Source: Veleropilina oligotropha
Lineage: Eukaryota
DNA length: 64,000 nt
Direction of reading: 5' to 3'
Assembly: GCA_048128005.1 (NCBI GenBank)
Contig: JBEUKZ010000020.1
Location: 1-64,000, forward strand
The position numbers and the translations under genes are program-made. A model generated the notes under the pieces. That model made no database searches. It was not told the origin of the DNA and saw only the letters and a program-made list of their open reading frames with translations. Below, in pieces: positions 52,401 to 58,400 of the stretch. How positions within the stretch are numbered: position 1 is the stretch's first letter; every line of letters begins with the position of its first letter.

Positions 52401-55400
52401 GGGTCCTCGAACAACAGTAGTATTCCTTTCATCGACCTCGCCGGTACGTTCACATTCATATTCCACAACGAGTCGCTCTTGTCTAGGGTGAGCTTCCGAT
52501 GCCGGAGAACACGGTCGTACAGGATTACGAGTTGACCCTGGTATTGATTTCGAATCCGTCTGGCAAGCTCGGATTGGGTTACCATGTCATATTCGAGGGA
52601 TATATTGTCGATGGAATAGCTGGAACCGGAGTCGTCCGTCTCCCGGATAGTCCGGGAGTAGTCGTTGAACGTTAGCTCATACTCGAGACGGTCTCCAAGG
52701 GCGCTTTGATAGAATGGCATGTGACTTTCCAACAGCTCGAAATCCAGCGGGATGCGGAATCGGTTACCGTACGCGGCCGCGACCGCGACATCCTCAGACA
52801 GTCTAAAGGCGTCTGCCGCACCAACACGATGCTTCGTAGTGTTGTGCCCATCGCTGGTATCAATCCCCTGGTACTGGGCGTTCTTGCGCTCCCCGGTGGT
52901 CTTCCAGAGATCGCAGTAGCAGTGGTACACGTCGGAGTCGTCAATCGACATGATCTCGTTTCCACTTAACTTTATCGTGGTCTTTCTGATCACGGCACGG
53001 CCGATATTTTGCACTACAGTCCTATTCGCATTTACCGAGGTCAGTGAGATGGTAAATGCAAGGTGGGCAGTCCCTGGAACGATCACGTCATTCGCCCCGA
53101 GATTAGGGAACCGAACCAGTTCGGAGCTGCTGGTTCGGGGCAATCGTTGATGGATTGTTTGTAATCGTGACCGACTGGCGGATGCCCTTGACTGCGAGGG
53201 GCTCACGCAGCCTGCGGTATGGATTAAGCTTGCGTCTGTATACGCTAGTCATGGCTGAATTAGATGCGTATCCCACTGATGTATTCAAATGGCGGAATTC
53301 GAGAACCCCGCATTCGAGCCGGACGATCTCATCGACAACGATGATACCATCATCGACGATACTGATGTGGATCTATCCACCGACCGGTTTATGCCTGTTC
53401 TTTCGGAACGGCCACAGGAAGGAACCAGCAGTCTTCAGCAAGAGCTCGTTCAGGGCGTGGTTGACGACTACTACAAAGCCCTGGCACAGGAGGGGCAGAC
53501 CCCAGCCACGGGGCGAGATTATTCAAAATTCAAGTATGTGAGGGGAAAATTAGGGAGGGGGGGGAAATTGGTGATGACGGACTACCCCGACATCAATCTC
53601 ATAAATTCTCGCACCGGCAACCCCTTGGCGTTGTCAACAATAGCTGGCCGGCCTGGTGGGGGTGATGCAATCCGTGAAGGGTTGGGTTTTGTACACTGGA
53701 CGCGGGGGGACAAAAGCCATCCTCAAAAGCGGTTGCAGCTCTTCAGACAGCCGACAACGAGTTGAGCGGTGCGGCCGCTAATGTCGAAAACGTAGAACTG
53801 CGGGACTTGGGGCAGACTGCTACTGATGCCTCTGTAGCAATCCACACGATGGAGACGAAATTCACTGATACCGAGGTTGAAGAGATCTTAGGCACAATGG
53901 GGGACCCTCCATTAAATCTTCGCGAGCTTCGCGGACTTGACAAGGCGATGCAGACCATCCGAGGCGAACTAACCAACAATCTAGCCAAACTAACGGCGCT
54001 GGACGAACACATAGAGCTGGAGAAGATGAAGCTCGATCAGGCAGATGAAGAGGGCGGTGTGGATGAGTTCATCCGTCGACGGATCGCGGAACGTCTGCGC
54101 GACCTGAATGATGAAAGAGCAGCTCGCCTAGAGGCAGCATCATCAAGCCGGGAGGCCCTTCGCTCTCAAATCAGCCGGATCCGAGAGATGATAAGTCGGA
54201 TCCTGAACACCGACACAACGCTGGCCGAGCGTATCCGGACCCTGTTCCGCGAGCAAGGGGTTACGATCGCAACAATACTGACCGCTATCGGGCTCGCCAT
54301 CTCGACTTTGGTACTAGCCCTGACAGGTGGAGCGCCGAGCATACCACCAACACCACCACCTCCCAGTGGTCAGGGCGGGGTCAAGGAGTGGGTCAAAAAG
54401 CAGCTGCAGAACCTGGGAAGGATTCTAGGCAAACTAGCAGGGAAGGCCGCAGCCGCGCTCCCAGGAATACTTGGAAGCCTGGTCTCCTGGCTAATCAACC
54501 TGATTGGCAAGACAGCATCGTGGCTCGCTGAAAACCTATGGGCACTGGTCATATCAGTTGGGGGCTTGCTTCTTATTGCCGCTAGACAGGGGGTCACGTA
54601 AGCCAAATGAACGCTAGGCCAACGACAATGCCGCCCACGATCAGTGCAGTTTTATCCTCGTCATGTTTGGTTGCCCCAGCTGAAACAGCTGCCACTGGGG
54701 CCACAGCCGGCAGAGAGCCACGATGCTTCGGAGTGACCGCATCTGCGGGTAAGACGGCGTCTTGTGGGATGACCAATCCTGTTTCTCCAGTCTCCCCAGT
54801 GGCGTTGAGCGGCACAGGATTGGCCGCGTTCACCGTAGTATTAAGACCTAGGGTCTGGGCTTCCGTGGCAACGACGATCTCATTGTTATAACCAGCCACC
54901 TGCCCGATCCGAAGGAGCATGTCACTTGGCGCCATGTAAAGGCCGACGCCGAATACGAAGTCTACTTTAGACCTGGCATACTGCAAACCGTCCTGGTACC
55001 GTTGGATCGCAGCAGGGAGGTCAACGGGGGATGCGATGGCGTCTTCCACGTTCGCCAGGAACTGTTTCTGTGCGTCAAATGCCGTCCCACTACCCAGAAT
55101 ACTTGCACGCGTTTGAGCCTGCGCTCCAAGAATAGCCCAGACGTAGGTCCTGATGGAATCATTGAGCCTTTCCACGCCGGCCCTCGTGAATCCCACCGAC
55201 TTGTCCAGAATAAAAGTAGCCCAACCGTTTTTAAGCGCAGGCGCTTGCGCGATGTAGTCCACGTGCAGATTCGTGTTGGTCGTACCTTTGGTGAAGGACA
55301 TTCGGCTTGGATCATACTCACGTCCGATGGGGTGGTAGCCGTTATTCGTCCAGTAGCTGTAAGCGGTGCCTAGTCCGCCGTTGGGACCCTTGACACGCCA

Positions 55401-58400
55401 GTCGGTATGTGGGGACACTCCGAATTCGCTGCAGATCTTTTCATATGCCCTTTGGTCATACGGGGTGTCGAATGCATCCCACGTCCGGTCTTGTGGCAGC
55501 GGCGCCTGAATCTCGGTCAAGATCCTTCTGACCTGATAGTAGACGTGGAAGGTGAATACAGCAGTGGAGAGGGGGGCTGCAGTAGCATTCAAGTGGTCTT
55601 CTGAGGAGATACCGGAACCTGTTGTGGCACACCAAACTGCGAAATTGACTTTGTTCTGCCAGAACCGCATCGGCGTGGTCTGCCAAGCCCTTATCAGCCC
55701 GTCACTAGCGACGTGAGGGAGGCGATACTTTTGAAATACGTCGGGGTAGTCTGCCCCGAATGCAGTGGTTGAGCTATTACCCACATTGATGCTTGGTCTC
55801 GTAAGCTGCTCATCTTTGATCTTTGCTGGGTACACCACACCGGTCGGATAGGCCGCACTCCTATTGAACACAAATGCGCTCTTAGCCATAGCTACTATGT
55901 TCCACACATTAACAAACGTTCAAGAGGGGACCGCGGTTGCCCTCCTGGAGCCGATTGATAACCGGGACGGCAAGCTATGTGTCAGCTTGCAGTCGCTCGA
56001 CTATTGGGTAGGCTGGCACAACGTGCATGCCGGAGCCTTCTTTAAGACCCCGGATGCCACGGTCGACGTGGCACCAGGTTTCTACAGCTTCGATGACCTC
56101 GCCAAGACGATGAAGAGGTCGCTAAAGAACCTACAGCTGGATGTAAGCCATGCTACAGGGCTCGCCCGAATCGTGGTCCCAGAGGGGACTCGACTCGCGA
56201 TAAGCGACGATATACGAAAACTCCTCGGCTTAGACCTCTCTTCGTTTATTCTCGATAAAGCAGGGAATCTGAACCAACCGGTTCGGGGAGTACAGGGCCA
56301 ACCACCTCCCCCTCCGGAGAGATCCGAGTGGCTACGCCCTGGGACTTATGACGGGAATAAGCCTGTCGGGTTTGCCATAGCGCCAACCCTACACGTTCAC
56401 CTGGAGCAGCTCAGTACAACGCACAATGTGAAGGACGGCGCCCCGAGCACTATTCTCGCGGTGGTCCCTATCACGTCGCAGATGTTCGGTGAAGCTGGGC
56501 ACTATCATAGCTATCCCGCCGGCCGGCGACTACAGGCCGGGCTAATCACAGAGTTGAAGGTGTACGTCACAGACGCAGACAGTAACCCGATCGACAATCA
56601 CGGCATGCCCATTACCGCAGTCCTTGCGATACAATGAGCAGCATCTACGGGACCCTCCCCCTACCCCTGCTTGCAGATGAGCCCTCTTCCCCCCCGACCC
56701 GGTGGCGCTTTGTCCTTAATTGTGGGGTAGCGCCCAATAAGGGGCTGGCGAGGAGGGAGTTCATGTTTCCAAACACTAGAGGTCGGTTCGGGTTGAACCC
56801 AGCCCTTCTAATGATCCACCTGACGCCGGTCCAGCCGGCCGGGGGCCCCAAAGCATGTTCCATCAGTAAGCTTGGCCTGAATTCGGACTGGTTGACCCTC
56901 GCCTTTGCCATCAAGGCCCCGTGGGTCGGCACTCTGTATTTGAACGTTACGGCAGACAAGGGGAATCAACCGCCGGAACAATACAGCCACGAACAATGAA
57001 CAACAAGCCCTCAGCGCCAACGCTGTACCCACAGCTTGGTGGCGATGTGCCTTCGGAACTGCATGAGGCACAGTCCTTCCGACTACAGAAAGTGAATGAG
57101 CTTCAGGGACAATTAGAACGAGAGAGGGACACACGGGCTGCATTATATAAAAAGTACCGACGAGGTGTTAACGTCGTTGACGGGATAGATAACGGGCTAG
57201 TCGTCGCCACACTTGGTATGGGTAGCGCTGGAATTGGTCTACTGTCCACAATTGTAGCCGCCCCGGTCGTCCTAGTGCTGGAACTAGCGGCATTAGGGTG
57301 TGGGCTCGCTAGTATGGGTGGAAAGTATATCAGCCGGCGCCTCGGGGTGAAGGCTAAGAAACACGACGAGATTCGAGTCCTGGCCGACAGCAAGCTGAAT
57401 ACCATAACCGACCACGTCTCAAAGGCATTATCGGACGGGGTGATGTCTGATGATGAATTCCAACCGGTCACAGGGGAGATGGAGAAATACCAAGCCATGA
57501 AGGCATCAATCCGGGATAAGAGTAGGAAGGCGCACACCGCGATTTCACAGACCCAAAGCGAGCTTATTGAGCGAGGTCGTTTAGAGGGTCGCGCAGAGCT
57601 GCTGAAAAAAATCGGAGCTGGCGACTAACTATCCAGGTTGAGCGTAGCCACGACTACCCCGCTCCTCCCCCGTATTAAAGCTAGAAATCGACAGTGGTAT
57701 CTGGACAACCATGAAATCCATGAAATCTATGCTACTGTGTATTGCCGCGGTGTGCTTTGCCGCGTGGGGTACCACCCAGGCGTCGTCGCGTGACACTGCA
57801 TTAATTCTCGAACACACGTGGGCTAGGTACCGCAACGACCCCCTGTATAACCCCCGATTTGACCCCTTGCGTAGAAACTCGCTTCTTCGCCCGGGTAGAG
57901 ACCCCACCCCTGATGTCTCCCCACCGTCGTGCCACTATTTTATTATCGGAGAAAATGACTGTAGCCCTGCCACACCCCGAGATACTGTCACATGTGTCCA
58001 GTGTTCGACCCCCTCGTTATGTCCTGGCAAGAATGGGGAGTATTATACCATGCTGTCTGGCTGCTTCGGTGTGTGGAGAAAAGTCGGACACATCTCACCC
58101 TGTAATTGTACTCTAGCAAGCGGTAACTATATATTCATATAAACCAGCTGTGACCTAACATATTTTCCAGGTCGATCCATTGTCCGATTTATGAATGAAA
58201 TACCTCGCAATGCATGTATCAATGGCCAGCCGGCTGTCTATCCAGTACAACCTATTCATAGCGTTTCGCTTCGCGTATCTCGGGATTCCTCCTAACCATG
58301 AAACAATAGACGCCAGATAGCATAATGGGTTTCTCAGCGGTTATGAATAGAAGCAAGCGCTTCGCCTTTAGAAATATCTGGCTATGCCGAGTCTTTAGAA

